A stretch of 64,000 nucleotides of DNA from an uncultured delta proteobacterium (GTDB taxonomy: Bacteria; Desulfobacterota; Binatia; UBA9968): assembly GCA_963804165.1 (NCBI GenBank), contig CAWDPO010000006.1:192001-256000 (forward strand), in the 5' to 3' direction. The position numbers were made by a program, and so were the translations under genes. Below the pieces are notes generated by a model, which had not been told where the DNA came from, searched no databases, and worked only from the letters and a program-made list of their open reading frames with translations. This document shows, one piece after another, positions 28,983 through 42,553 of this stretch. Each line of letters starts with the position of its first letter. Position 1 is the first letter of the stretch.

Positions 28983-30802
28983 CTAGGCGAGACGCTGGGC
29001 GGGTTTATCATGGGTCGTGAGCTTCAACTCCTCGCGCTCGTACTGCAACTGGTACAAGCGGTAATAAATCCCCTGCTTTTCCATCAATTCGGCATGGGAA
29101 CCCACTTCGCGAACTTCCCCATGGTGCAGCACGATGATGCGGTCGGCGTTGCGGATCGTCGATAAACGGTGCGCGATCAAAAGACAGGTTCGGTCGCGCA
29201 TCACTTTTTCCATCGCGTCTTGAATCAGCGCTTCGGTCTCGGTATCGATGCTGGAAGTCGCCTCGTCCATCACGAGAATTTCCGGTTGATAAACCAGAAC
29301 TCGCGCCAATGACAGCAGCTGGCGCTGGCCGCCGGAGAAGTTGCTGCCGCGTTCTCGCACGCGGGCATCATAGCCCTCGGGTAGCCGGCGAATAAAGCTC
29401 TCTGCGTTGGCCACCTTGGCGGCCCGTTCGATTCGCTCCAGCGGGATCGAAGGATCACCCAGGGCGAGATTGGCGCGCACGTCGCCGGAAAATAAGAAAA
29501 CATCCTGCAAGACGACCCCGATATGGCGTCTGAGCGCGCGTAGATCCCACTCGCGCACGTCGACGCCGCTGACTTTGATGGAGCCTTGTTGGATATCGTA
29601 AGAGCGATTCAGCAGCTTGATCGTCGTCGTCTTACCCGAGCCGGTGGCGCCGACCACCGCAACTTTCTCTCCCGGTGCGATGCGGAACGATACACCTTTG
29701 AGCACCGGATCTCCCGCCTTATAGTGAAACCAGACATGGTCGAAGACTACTTCGCCGCGAAACGGTTTCGGCACGACGGCGTTTTTCGGGCTCGTGATGT
29801 CGACAGGGATATCGAGCAATTCAAAGATACGCTCTGCGGACGCCATCGCGGACTGCATCACCGTGTATTTTTGACTGAAGTCGCGCAACGGCACAAAGAA
29901 GCGATGGATATACTCCTTGAACGCCACCAGCGTGCCGATGCCGATCGCACCATGCAGCACTTCGCCGCCGCCGTACCAGAGCAATAGCCCGACAGTCACA
30001 GCGCCGGCCGCTTCGACCATCGAGTAGAGTCCGGCTTCATACAAATTCGATAGATGATAGGCGTCGCGATGATCGGCGTTCAGAGCCTCGAATTCGCGAT
30101 AGGTTTTTTCCTCGCGAGCAAATAGTTGGATCACGGCCATGCCGGAAATGGCTTCACCTAGATAGGCGTTGATGCGCGCGATCCGTACGCGGATTTGGCG
30201 GTAGGTGTGGCGCGCTTTGCCGCGAAAAAAATTGATCGCCAGACGCCATGGGCGGGATCAACGCCAGCGATACCAGCGCCAACTTGACGTCGAGATAGAA
30301 CATGATGCCGATGATCCAGATGACCATGACGAAATCCGACAACGAGCGTAATCACACCCGAGGCGAACATCTCCTGCAGCACGTCGACGTCGGTGGTCAT
30401 CCGCGTCACGAGGCGTCCTACCGGGTTTCGGTCGAAGTAGCTCATCGGCAGTTTCTGTACGTGGGAAAAAATCGCCACGCGCAAATCCGCCAGACAACGC
30501 TGCGCCACCAGCATGGAAAAATAATACTGCGCAAATACGGTGACCGTTTCGCCGATCACGGCGACGAGAAAGCACAGCATGACGGTCTGCAAGCCCCAGA
30601 GATTCTTGCCGGCGATGTATTGATCGATGCCGATTTTCATCAAATAGGGCTGCGCCAAGCCGAATGCTTGCTGCAGCGGCAAGAGCAGCAAGCTCAAGTA
30701 AAAGAGCCGTTTGTACGGGATGATGAAATACCAAAGGCGGCGGATCAGCCGAAGATCGTAGGCCTTGCCGAGGATTTCTTCTTGTTGCGCTTCTTCGGTC
30801 AT
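28983..30802 (-). CDS. ABC exporter, fused permease-ATPase (MdlB-like), frameshifted
   Basis: GATGSGKTT, FSGGQRQ, MDEATS; TM domain in ORF 30158-30802. Confidence 0.9.
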
Positions 30803-32542
30803 CTAGATCTGTTCCAGCTCCTCGCTCAGGCGCTGCTGCTGATAAAGCTCGGCGTAAACGCCGCCGTCGCGCACCAGTTTGTCGTGATTGCCGCGCTCGA
30901 CAATCTTGCCTTCATCGAGCACGAGAATTTCGTCCGCCTCGCGCACGGCGGAAATCCGGTGCGAAATAATCAAGCAGGTTTTTTCTTTGAGAATCGAGCG
31001 GAGCTCGTGGAGAATCTCGGCTTCGGTCTGGGCATCGACGCTGGATAGACAATCGTCCAGAATCAACACCGGGGGATTCATGATCAGGGCGCGCGCCAGT
31101 GTAGCGCGTTGCTTTTGTCCGCCCGACAGCGTGACGCCGCGCTCGCCGACCACGGTATCGAGTCCCAGCGGGAAAAATTTCCACGTCACGGTCCAGCTTG
31201 GCAATCTCGACGGCGCGGGCGACCTCTTCCGCGGATAACTTTCCCGGCCCAGGGCAAGATTCGCCTTCAGAGAGGTGGAAAAAAGAAATGGCTCCTGGGG
31301 CACGTAGCCGATCAAGCGGCGCAGCTCGCGCAATGCAACTTGCGATATATCCTGACCGTCCACGAGAATCGCGCCGGCCGAGACATCGAAGAGCCGCGGC
31401 ACGAATTGCGCCAGCGGTGCTCTTACCCGAGCCGACGCGTCCGACCAAGCCCACTGTACGGCCGACGGAAAGCGCGAAATTGATCTCTTCGACCGCCCCA
31501 CGGCCGTTTTTTTGCCGCTCGTAGGCGAAGGAGACGTCGCGGAATTCGATGCCTTCCTTCAGTCCGTCGATCGCCTGAGGCACCACTCCGTCCCTAATTT
31601 CGGGGTTCGTCTGGAGAATTTCTTCCAGGCGGCGCATAGCGGCGCGGCCGCGCTCGACCAGAGAAAGCATCCAACCGAACGCCGCCGTGGGCCACGCCAG
31701 CACGTTGAGATAGGCGATAAACGCGACGATATCGGCGACCAGCAGGTCGCCGCGCATCACCCGAACGCCGCCGTACCAGATCACGATCACACGGTCAGGG
31801 CGTTGATCCCTTGCATGACCGGATTGACGATGCCGCGCATCTTCGCCAATTCCATGCTTTTGACTTCGTAGTCCTTATTGAAACCGATGAACTGTTGAGT
31901 TTGATAATCCTCCTGCGCATAGGCTTTAACGACGTGCATCCCGCTCAGATTTTCCTGCACATGGCTGCTCAGAACCGACATTTGTTGTTGCACTTCGAGC
32001 GAACTTTTCATGATCCGGCCGCGAAACCGGCGCGCCACGTACATCAACAAGACGAACGGTGCCACAGCCGCCAACGTCATCCGCACATCCATCGAAAACA
32101 TCAGTGCCATCGCGTACACGTAATAGAGCGGCGCGTTGACGAAATTCAGCACTCCCGGACCGAGCATGACCCGCACCGCGGAGATATCGTTGATCACCCG
32201 TGACATCAGGTCGCCGGTTCTTTGTTTGTGATAAAAGGACAGCGGCAGTTTTTCGAGATGAGCGAACAGATCGTTGCGCAAATCGTATTCAACGTTGCGC
32301 CCGGCGTTGAAAATCAGCGCCCGTGAGTAGGTGCGGACAAAACCCTGCAGCAGCGCGGCGCCGATAATCAGCATGGCATAGTAATTCACGTCGCTGAGCG
32401 CGCCGCCATGCTCGATGGTGCGCACGGCCTCGCGAATCCACCAGGGTATCCACATCACCAGCGTCGCGGTGCCGAGAAGGCACAGCCCACCGAACAGATA
32501 ACTCCGCCAGTAACGCCATAGGTATTGGGAAATTCGGCGCAT
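30803..32542 (-). CDS. ABC exporter, fused permease-ATPase (MdlA-like), frameshifted
   Basis: TGDLMSR, GRVGSGKST, LSGGQKQR, LDDCLS spread over three frames. Confidence 0.9.
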
Positions 32543-32673
32543 GTAACCCCCTTAGGATACTCTACGGTGTTCCTAGTCGCAAGAAAGAGTGTCGAATCAG
32601 GCACCGGCCGGGGGCAATGCGTGGGCAAATTCGATCTCGCGCTTGACAACTCGAAGGCACTCCCTAATAACCA

Positions 32674-34522
<1,849 letters not shown>

Positions 34523-34575
34523 GTCGACTAATTTTTTGCGGGAGGAGCCAATAGCTTTTCGCAAAACTCCTTCTT

Positions 34576-34932
34576 TACAAACAGCACGGAAAGTCCCGCA
34601 GAAGGCGCCCTGACCTCGACGGCGGGCGATTTTCCCGTCTTAATTCCTTGATCTCACTCTTGTGACCGGCCGCGCGAAATTTGTCGACCAGTTGGTTGAT
34701 AGGGAGTTTGAACGTCGCCGTACTCCGGCCCCTTCCTGGAAAGAATCGAGGTCGGGGCACATCCGCCCTCTCGCCCCGCGAGAAACCATGATCCTGCGTC
34801 TTCGGTAACAGTCGGTGACTGCAAAGCCTTTGGCTTGTCAGGTTCCTGCCCATGAACAAAGGACGGAATCCCAGTAAGACAAAAGAACAGAAGCCACGAG
34901 ACTCTTGCACCTGTCGAATTGTGGATCGCCAT
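34576..34932 (-). CDS. Hypothetical exported protein (frameshifted)
   Basis: Signal-peptide-like segment then WFLAGREGGC; weak support. Confidence 0.4.
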
Positions 34933-34953
34933 ATTTCCGCCGCAGTCCTTAAA

Positions 34954-35316
34954 CTAATCCGAATGGAGCGCAACTCGATTGCCCTCGCTGTCGATGACGA
35001 CGGCGCGAAATCCGAACGGGCCGATGGGATGTTTCGACTTGAGGACCTTGCCGCCGTTCGGCGCCACCGCGCCAATCGCCTCGTCCAATCGGCCGTTGGC
35101 ATTCAAGTAGATCATCGCGCCTTTTTCCGAAGGCTTTTCTTCCTCGCTTGCAAATAAACACCCGCCGACTTCGCCGTCGCCGTGGGGCAAAATGCCGATG
35201 GTCATTTCGGGAAATTCTTGCTTCGTCACCGGCTGCCCCAACACCGCGGAATAAAATTTCACCGCCCGATCCAAGTCTAAGACGGGAATGTCACACCACA
35301 CGATTTGATTGGCCAT
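34954..35316 (-). CDS. VOC/glyoxalase family protein
   Basis: WCDIPV.DLDRA..FY, DSEGNRVALHS. Confidence 0.9.
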   Translation of the reverse strand: MANQIVWCDIPVLDLDRAVKFYSAVLGQPVTKQEFPEMTIGILPHGDGEVGGCLFASEEEKPSEKGAMIYLNANGRLDEAIGAVAPNGGKVLKSKHPIGPFGFRAVVIDSEGNRVALHSD

Positions 35317-35424
35317 AAGTCACTCCATTTACATACTTGTCCGGAGTAAAGTGATCAGCAGCAACGAGATAGACAGAATAACTGAAGCTGTCACGTACAG
35401 GATTTGAAATAGCACGACAAGCAT

Positions 35425-35581
35425 ATGCCCGCTGATGAGCGAATTCGAAATAGCGAACATCGAGACCCGCGCCTTCGAACAAGCCGCCTAAAAACCGCGC
35501 GCACTCGCGCTCGTTGCCCGGCGGATTGATCGTGTTAAATGCCAATAGCTTGCATGTGAGCGACAGCGGATCATGTGTCAT
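35425..35581 (-). pseudogene. N-terminal remnant of an M20 (ArgE/DapE-like) peptidase
   Basis: MTHDPLSLTCKLLAFNTINPPGNERECARFL then similarity is lost after about 50 aa. Confidence 0.65.
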
Positions 35582-36576
35582 CGCGACGTTGTCCCGCCCC
35601 ACAGCTTGTCGAAAAATCCGCTTTTCTCCAACTCATCCAGATAGCGTCGGTCGTAGAGATCCTGAGGCTTCAATTTTTTCGCCCGCGGATCGGCCGGCGA
35701 GATATCGTCGAGGATTGCCTGCACGGCTTCCAGCTTGAGTTCCATGCGCGGCTCGAGAGCTTTGATCTCAGCGTTATATGCCTGATCCAAAACCTTTCGG
35801 TCTTCGATGCGCAAGTACTTGCTCAAAACTTTGATGACGACCTCTTTGTCGGTATGCAAAACTTTGGAGGCCTCGGCCATCGCCCGCATAAATCGGCCGA
35901 TGATCGGGGAATTTTGCGCGATGAACGAACGCCGCGTAATCAGCGAGACCGCGACCTGCGGGATGCGCAGGTCCGGACCGTAGACGACATAGATGTACCC
36001 TTGCGAAATCGCACGCGCGTCCCACGGCGCCGACATGGTTCCCGCGTCGATGGCGCCGGAGAGCAGCGCGGCGAGCATTTCCGGTGCTCCGCCGGTTTGG
36101 ATCATCGAGTAATCCCGTCCGGCCTCCATATTGCGCCGCTTGAAGGCTTGAACGGCGAAGTAGTGCGTGGTCGCGCCGATGCGCGTTACGCCAATCTTTT
36201 TGCCACGCAGGTCCTCCAGCCTTTTGATTTCCGGTTTGGCAAGAATGCTCTGGGTCAGATGATTTTTGATTCCCGCGATGAATACAAGATCGTTGTTGCC
36301 ACCCACCACGGTACGTACGAGTCCGACACCACCGTCGATCAATATCTGCGCGTCGCCGCCGAGCATCGCCGCCGTGGCCAGCGGCGAGGTCCCTATATAG
36401 ACAAGCGGAAACTCTAAATTATACTTGCGAAAAATCCCCGTTTCTTGAGCGATCCACGGCATCGACTGCGACATCACCCGCGCGGACTGCACGCCGATAA
36501 GACGGTCTGCTGTCCCGCCGGCAGTGGCAATCAACAACCCGGCGACGGCGCTCAGTATCGACAAACTTTTCTTCAT
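35578..36576 (-). CDS. ABC substrate-binding protein, NMT1/THI5/SsuA-like
   Basis: Signal peptide, DLRGKKIGV, AALLSGAIDA. Confidence 0.88.
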   Translation of the reverse strand: MKKSLSILSAVAGLLIATAGGTADRLIGVQSARVMSQSMPWIAQETGIFRKYNLEFPLVYIGTSPLATAAMLGGDAQILIDGGVGLVRTVVGGNNDLVFIAGIKNHLTQSILAKPEIKRLEDLRGKKIGVTRIGATTHYFAVQAFKRRNMEAGRDYSMIQTGGAPEMLAALLSGAIDAGTMSAPWDARAISQGYIYVVYGPDLRIPQVAVSLITRRSFIAQNSPIIGRFMRAMAEASKVLHTDKEVVIKVLSKYLRIEDRKVLDQAYNAEIKALEPRMELKLEAVQAILDDISPADPRAKKLKPQDLYDRRYLDELEKSGFFDKLWGGTTSR

Positions 36577-36579
36577 ACC

Positions 36580-36867
36580 CTAACCTCCTCGCGCTCCAAA
36601 CCTCAGTCGTGAAATCCATGGTCGGTCGTTTTTATTCAGGAGTTTTTCCAACGCCTTCGCCGTCACTCGATACTTAAACGCCTTTCTACCGTCGATGAAC
36701 AGCACCGGAACCTCATCGCCGAATTTTTCGCGAAGCTCGTCGGCGCTGTCGATGTCGATGACTTCGACCTCGATCGGAATCTTCAATGCCACATCTGCGA
36801 CGACGGATTTCATTTCATCGCACAGGCAACAGTCCTTGCGCGAATACAAAATTAATTTGCGGTTCAT
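36580..36867 (-). CDS. Glutaredoxin-like protein (DUF836)
   Basis: LYSRKDCCLCD, VPVLFIDG. Confidence 0.85.
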   Translation of the reverse strand: MNRKLILYSRKDCCLCDEMKSVVADVALKIPIEVEVIDIDSADELREKFGDEVPVLFIDGRKAFKYRVTAKALEKLLNKNDRPWISRLRFGARGG

Positions 36868-39800
36868 TTTGGCGACGGTGCCGCTGGCTCCTTGAGCTCT
36901 CCGGTCTTCTCCCCTTCTCCTAAACCGATGATGTTCTTTGGAATCCCCAGCACGCCCCAAAACCACTCCGACAGCGTCCCGAGCGGCGCCGGCGTGATGG
37001 TCGGATCGTCGATGCGGCCGGTGATGTTGAAGCTCGCGACCAGAAAGGAATTCTTGATGGCGGCGAAACTCCGGCCAAGAAGCGGGATGTAACTCAATCC
37101 CGCGTCGATGCCGGCAAACGGGCGCACGGCGACGACGAAATCGAGTTGGTCTTTGGGCACGTCGATCTTGCCGACGCCGGTCATACGCAGATCGCTGCTA
37201 TCAACGATGAGATTTTCCGTGGAATAGACGCCGTTGGTCACCTTGAAGTCTCCGGTGATGTTGCGGAAACGGATTCCCTGCTTCGTAAGATCCGGCAGCT
37301 GCAAGGTGAACCAGCGCGACAGATCGAGCAAGTTAAGGATCTGCACGACGACGCGCACGCGGTTGATCGTGCCGTCCTCGATCTTGAAATTAAACGCGCC
37401 GTTCAGATTTTGCTTGCGTTCCATATCGTTCTTGCCCACGGTCTCGAGTTTGCCGGTAAGGTTAACCTTACCGGTCATCTCCGCGGTGGTGACGCCGAAC
37501 CAGTTGAGAAAAGCTTGTATGGGCACTCCTTGGACCCGAGGCTCGGCGAGCACGCCGAGCGTATCCGGCTTGTCAAAAATCGTCGTCACTCCCTGAATCA
37601 TGCCACCGACCGAACGCGCGGTCAGATTGGTCAGTCGCCAGACGCGATGATCGATCGACGCGTTGGTTTTCAAATTATCAAACTCAAAATTCTTGATCCT
37701 TCCCTTGTTGAGAGCAATTTTACCGTCGGCGACCAGGTTGGCGTAAAGATCACTCGACTCCGGATCGATCTGCGATATGAGATAAGTGATGTCGAGATTG
37801 GGCGCCGCGAAATCGAACAGCAATTGGGGCGTTTCTTTAAAGCGCCAGCGGCCGCTGGCGCTTGCCGGAAATCCGACGAGAGAGGCATGGATGTTTTGAA
37901 AGTCGACGCCGCTTTCATCTATTTTTATCCTGCCGTTAAGTTCGCGCAGGGGCTGCAGCAAGGGGTGGACGATGAGCTGCACGTTAAACAAATCCAAAAT
38001 ACCCGTGAGCTTGCGTTTGCCCTTGTTGCCAAACGACCCGGAGTAGCGAACCGCCCCGCGCACGATACCAGGATCCTTCAAATTGCCGGTTTCAAGGAGC
38101 ATGCTGGTCAGCACGCCCGCTCTCATGCCGTTCGATTCAATCCCTAAATCAAAAGTGCCCTCGTCCGTGCCATAATCTGCGAGCGTGAGTTGAATCTGCA
38201 CCGGCGAGCTGTTTAATTGCGCTCGAATCTTCTCGCCTTTGACCGCTTTCGGCGTCAATGTGAGTTCTCCCTGCAGTTCGCTCAACGCATACTCGTCATA
38301 GCGCAACCGGGCATTATCCAGCGTCACTTTAGCATCGAATTGCACTGGCTCATGGTCGGAGACTTTCAGCGCCAGATCGAGCCCTGAGCGGCCGCTGAGT
38401 TCCTGGAGGGACGATGCGATTTTTGCCGCTGAAGGCGACACCCATCCGGATTTGGCTTGCTCCTTTAGTTCCGCTAGGTTGATATCGCCGTGAGCACGCA
38501 GGCTAAATTCCCGGCCATCCTTTGGGGATAGACGATAAGTCCCATTCGCATCGGCAAGCGATGAGTCGCCATAACTGGCGCGGAAATTTTGAAAAGCAAG
38601 AACGCCATTTGCCAAACTGACGCGTCCCTGTACACCGCGCAATGGCAGCGCACCCTCCACGGGCAAAGTGCCCGCCATGTCCTTTAGTTCAGCCTCAAAC
38701 CAAATTTGCTTCCCCACCGCGGCCTGAGATAATCCACGAAGTTGCGTGAGCGTCGCGTCGATTCCGGCTTTTTTGATGTCAAACTGGCCGGCCTGTATGC
38801 CGTTGACCATTTTCTCGAGTTGCGGCGATTCGAAGATTTTCAGCGGCAGATATTTGCGCATGGCCGAAACCGCCGCCGACATCCCGGATAAATTCAAGCG
38901 GAAACGAGGATCTTTGCTGTCCCATCCGTCGACCTCGCCTTGCAGAGAAAACTTAATGTCATTGACGCGGAAATCGGCGCGCCGAACTTGCACGGACTGC
39001 CGGCTCCAATTCAGTTCAAAGGTGACGCGGCCGTCCGAGCCAGCAAGCGGCGCTAAAAAAACCTCGGGAGCATCGACTAAAACTTGTTTGAACTCAAGAT
39101 CCCCTTTCAGGTGTAATTGCTCCGCCGGATTCCCTTCCACATGGACGCGTTGCGCAAAATGGCCGGTCACGGACTTGATCGGGGCATGCGCTGCGAAAAC
39201 CTCTTTAACCAGGGTCGCGGGAAAATCCACAAGCTCGACATCGGCGTTCCAGCGCGCCTCGTGCAACGCCAAGACGTCCCGCGGAAAGACGATATGTCCC
39301 AGGGCTTTTAGACTCGACTTGGAACTGCCTTTGAGAACCGTGCCACGGACATCGAACTCCAGCCCCCCGCCACCTTCAGCCGACGGCTGGCGCTTCAAGA
39401 CGCCGGCCATGAAATCGCGCAGGCGCTGCCCGCGCACGCGCCGCAGCTCTCCATGGATATTCGCGAGCTGCCATTTCCCGACGCCGCCTCCCGCCGCATG
39501 ATCGGCAAACTCAATGTCGGCGCCGTCGGCTTTCAGTGAACGCAGATCGAAGCTGAACTCGCCATGCTGTTGCGTCAAAAACGGCAGATTCAACAGCTTA
39601 TCGATCAGGACAAAGCGCCCGTCCGCATCTCGAGCAAACCGCGCCGTCGGCCGCACTAAGCGAATCTCGTAAACGATGACCTGGCGGTGCAACAGCGGTA
39701 AAAGCGCGACCCGCGCAGTGATTCGCTCGGCGGTGATAACGGGTTGCGTCTCGCCGGTTTCCGACAACGCGAGATCGCGAAAAACGATCCCGGTAATTAA

Positions 39801-39983
39801 CCCCATCTCCAAGTCGGCGGCGCCCAGCTGCACTTTCAAATCGGTGTGATTTTGAATCTCGTCGACCAGAAAACGGCGAAATTCACCAACTCGTATCAAA
39901 TAGTAAAACGCCAGGCTTGAAACGATAAGAAACAGAACGAGCGTCGCGCTGAGGAAACCGATCAGCTTCAGGACTTTTCTCAT
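36864..39983 (-). CDS. AsmA-like/YhdP family protein
   Basis: 1039 aa, N-terminal TM, beta-rich, C-terminal FNITGRIDDP. Confidence 0.85.
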   Translation of the reverse strand: MRKVLKLIGFLSATLVLFLIVSSLAFYYLIRVGEFRRFLVDEIQNHTDLKVQLGAADLEMGLITGIVFRDLALSETGETQPVITAERITARVALLPLLHRQVIVYEIRLVRPTARFARDADGRFVLIDKLLNLPFLTQQHGEFSFDLRSLKADGADIEFADHAAGGGVGKWQLANIHGELRRVRGQRLRDFMAGVLKRQPSAEGGGGLEFDVRGTVLKGSSKSSLKALGHIVFPRDVLALHEARWNADVELVDFPATLVKEVFAAHAPIKSVTGHFAQRVHVEGNPAEQLHLKGDLEFKQVLVDAPEVFLAPLAGSDGRVTFELNWSRQSVQVRRADFRVNDIKFSLQGEVDGWDSKDPRFRLNLSGMSAAVSAMRKYLPLKIFESPQLEKMVNGIQAGQFDIKKAGIDATLTQLRGLSQAAVGKQIWFEAELKDMAGTLPVEGALPLRGVQGRVSLANGVLAFQNFRASYGDSSLADANGTYRLSPKDGREFSLRAHGDINLAELKEQAKSGWVSPSAAKIASSLQELSGRSGLDLALKVSDHEPVQFDAKVTLDNARLRYDEYALSELQGELTLTPKAVKGEKIRAQLNSSPVQIQLTLADYGTDEGTFDLGIESNGMRAGVLTSMLLETGNLKDPGIVRGAVRYSGSFGNKGKRKLTGILDLFNVQLIVHPLLQPLRELNGRIKIDESGVDFQNIHASLVGFPASASGRWRFKETPQLLFDFAAPNLDITYLISQIDPESSDLYANLVADGKIALNKGRIKNFEFDNLKTNASIDHRVWRLTNLTARSVGGMIQGVTTIFDKPDTLGVLAEPRVQGVPIQAFLNWFGVTTAEMTGKVNLTGKLETVGKNDMERKQNLNGAFNFKIEDGTINRVRVVVQILNLLDLSRWFTLQLPDLTKQGIRFRNITGDFKVTNGVYSTENLIVDSSDLRMTGVGKIDVPKDQLDFVVAVRPFAGIDAGLSYIPLLGRSFAAIKNSFLVASFNITGRIDDPTITPAPLGTLSEWFWGVLGIPKNIIGLGEGEKTGELKEPAAPSPK

Positions 39984-40152
39984 GGGGAGAATGGCATCAG
40001 TGAACCCGTTGACAAATTTTCAGTCATGCTAGAGGAAGTTATTCCGCGGCGCAAGGATGAGAATACTGAAGAATTACTCACGTTGCCGCGAACCGGCGCG
40101 GCTGCGGTTTCACAAACGTCAGGATAGCTGATAAAGATATCCGACAACGCCA

Positions 40153-42141
40153 GTGGCTAACACGCGCATCGCATCTCTCAGGGAATTACTTTTCGGCAAG
40201 CCCAAAGATCCGCTCGATCCCAAGGTTTTTCACCAAATATCTTTGGTGGCGTTTTTGGCCTGGGTCGGTTTGGGCGCCGACGGTCTGAGCTCGTCCGCAT
40301 ATGGCCCCGAGGAGGCCTATCTCGCTCTCGGGGAGCATTTCTACCTCGCCCTACCGCTGGCGTTGTTAATGGCGGTCACAGTCTTCGTCATCTCAGCGAG
40401 CTATTCGCAGATCATCGAGCTCTTTCCCACCGGTGGCGGCGGCTATCTGGTGGCTTCGAAATTGCTCGGACCCAAATCCGGGCTGGTAGCGGGCTCCGCG
40501 CTCGTCGTCGATTACATGCTGACGATCACGATATCCATCGCCAGCAGCGCCGATGCCATGTTCAGTTTCCTGCCAATCGATTTCCAGCCGTTCAAGATTT
40601 TCACCCAAGTCGGACTGATCTTAGCGCTGATTTTTTTAAATCTGCGCGGCGTAAAAGAATCGGTTTTATTTCTCTTGCCGATTTTTTTGCTGTTCATCGT
40701 CATGCATCTCTTTGGCATCCTTCTCGGCATCGGTTCCCATCTGACCAATCTGCCGGCAGTCGTGGGCAGTTCGTACAACGAGATTGCCGGTGATTTTCAA
40801 AGTTTGGGGGTCATGGCGACGCTGGCGATCTTGCTCCATGCCTACAGCCTCGGCGGCGGCACTTACACGGGTATCGAAGCCGTCAGTAACGGCTTGCAGA
40901 TCCTGCGCGAGCCGCGCGTGACAACCGGCAAAAAAACCATGCTCTACATGGCCACCTCGCTGGCTTTTACGGCGAGCGGGATTTTGCTCTGTTACCTGTT
41001 AAATCAAGTCAAACATGAATCCGGCAAGACGCTGAACGCAAGCCTGTTTTCAGGAATCTTCGCCGGTTTTTTCGGAGCCGAATCCTCGGCGACGGCGTCG
41101 TTGGTCATTTTGATTCTACTCACCGAAGCGGCGCTGTTGGTCGTCGCCGCGCAAGCGGGTTTTCTTGACGGGCCGCGCGTGCTCTCGAACATGTCGCTGG
41201 ATTCCTGGACGCCACACCGCCTGTCGCACTTGAGCGACCAGCTAGTCACCCGTAACGGTGTCTGGTTCATGGGCTTGGCTTCTCTGGCTTTTCTTCTTTA
41301 CAGCCACGGCGACGTGAGGCTCCTGGTGGTGATGTACAGTATTAACGTCTTCCTTACATTCACGTTGTCTCAGCTCGGCATGTGCCGCCATTGGTGGGCA
41401 GAGCGGCGCTCCGAACGCGCGTGGTTACGAAAATTAGGTATCAATGGTTTCGGACTTTTACTCACCGGAATCATACTTTTTGTAACCACCACGACGAAAT
41501 TTGCCGAAGGTGGCTGGGTCACGTTGCTGGTTACGTTGGTTTTCGTGCTGGGTTGTCAGTATATCAAGTCCCATTACGACCGAGTGAAGACTGCGCTTAA
41601 AAGCTTGGACGATACACTCCTCACGATTCCCTTTCAGCCAAACCTCAAAGAACCGGTACCGCAAAAAAATCCCAGCGCGCCGACCGCGTGTCTGGTGGTG
41701 CGCGATTTCGACGGCATCTCGGTTCACACCTTACTCAACATCCAGCGTCTGTTTCCCAACTACTTCAAAAATGTCGTGTTCATTTCAGTCGGCGTTATTG
41801 ACACGGGCCAATTCAAGGGTCACAGTGAAGTCGAGAGCCTCAAAGAGAAAACTGAGGAGGCGCTCAAGAGTTTTGTCGAATACGCCAATTGCTTGGGCTG
41901 GTACGCGGAGTACCGCTACGCTTTGGGGGTTGATCTGATGGCGGAGCTGGAAGCGCTTTGCGATTCGGTAGCTAAGGAATTTCCACGGGTGGTGTTCTTT
42001 AGTGGCCAGCTCGTATTCGAGAAAGAAAACGTCTTCACCCGAGTGTTGCACAATCATACCCCCTTCACTCTGCAGCAGCGCCTTCAGTTCGCCGGGCGCG
42101 ATATGATGATTTTACCGATTCGTGTTTTTGCCAATGCTTAA
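40153..42141 (+). CDS. APC family permease (YdaO/KimA-like)
   Basis: DGLSSSAYGPEE, TGIEAVSNG, many TM helices, cytoplasmic C-terminal domain. Confidence 0.85.
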   Translation: MANTRIASLRELLFGKPKDPLDPKVFHQISLVAFLAWVGLGADGLSSSAYGPEEAYLALGEHFYLALPLALLMAVTVFVISASYSQIIELFPTGGGGYLVASKLLGPKSGLVAGSALVVDYMLTITISIASSADAMFSFLPIDFQPFKIFTQVGLILALIFLNLRGVKESVLFLLPIFLLFIVMHLFGILLGIGSHLTNLPAVVGSSYNEIAGDFQSLGVMATLAILLHAYSLGGGTYTGIEAVSNGLQILREPRVTTGKKTMLYMATSLAFTASGILLCYLLNQVKHESGKTLNASLFSGIFAGFFGAESSATASLVILILLTEAALLVVAAQAGFLDGPRVLSNMSLDSWTPHRLSHLSDQLVTRNGVWFMGLASLAFLLYSHGDVRLLVVMYSINVFLTFTLSQLGMCRHWWAERRSERAWLRKLGINGFGLLLTGIILFVTTTTKFAEGGWVTLLVTLVFVLGCQYIKSHYDRVKTALKSLDDTLLTIPFQPNLKEPVPQKNPSAPTACLVVRDFDGISVHTLLNIQRLFPNYFKNVVFISVGVIDTGQFKGHSEVESLKEKTEEALKSFVEYANCLGWYAEYRYALGVDLMAELEALCDSVAKEFPRVVFFSGQLVFEKENVFTRVLHNHTPFTLQQRLQFAGRDMMILPIRVFANA

Positions 42142-42341
42142 TCGGAGCGCGCTCGGGCAAAAGCGCCCAGCCCGTGGTTTGCTAGGAAGCGGTGGAACTC
42201 CATCGGCGCGAGCGAGATTTGCTTTCACTGAAAGCGCGTACGCCTGAAAATCGATTCTCGCCTTGACAGCCTAGAGTGAACTTGTTAGATAAAACAGACT
42301 TTTTGCCGACGGTCGTCGAAGCATCGTTGAGGGGGAGATTT

Positions 42342-42536
42342 ATGTTGGAGAGAGAAGAGGAGTTGCTCAACAGCAAGCAAGTCGCCGTCATTCTGGACAT
42401 GAGTCCGGACACGGTGAATGAATTTGCCCGCAAAAATATCTTGCCCGCCTTCAAAAAAGGAAAACAGTGGCGCTTCCGCCGCCGTGACATTTCCGTTTTT
42501 TACAAGAAACAGCCCAAAGATATCCGCGACGCTTAA
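42342..42536 (+). CDS. Excisionase-like HTH (HTH_17) protein
   Basis: LLNSKQVAVILDMS...LPAFKKGKQWRF. Confidence 0.8.
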   Translation: MLEREEELLNSKQVAVILDMSPDTVNEFARKNILPAFKKGKQWRFRRRDISVFYKKQPKDIRDA

Positions 42537-42553
42537 TCCAGAGGGATTTTGGG

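Noticed and set aside
37146-39501. Long plus-strand ORFs (333 aa, 251 aa)
   Set aside because: Antisense to the AsmA-like gene, typical of GC-rich coding DNA.
40020-40150. Possible c-di-AMP (ydaO) riboswitch upstream of the KimA-like permease
   Set aside because: Only an imperfect hairpin (CGCGGC...GCCGCG, 40045-40090) is visible; the riboswitch consensus motifs are not seen.
42342-42536. Excisionase-like HTH as a sign of a second integrated element
   Set aside because: Flanked by housekeeping genes with no integrase, att repeats or composition shift.
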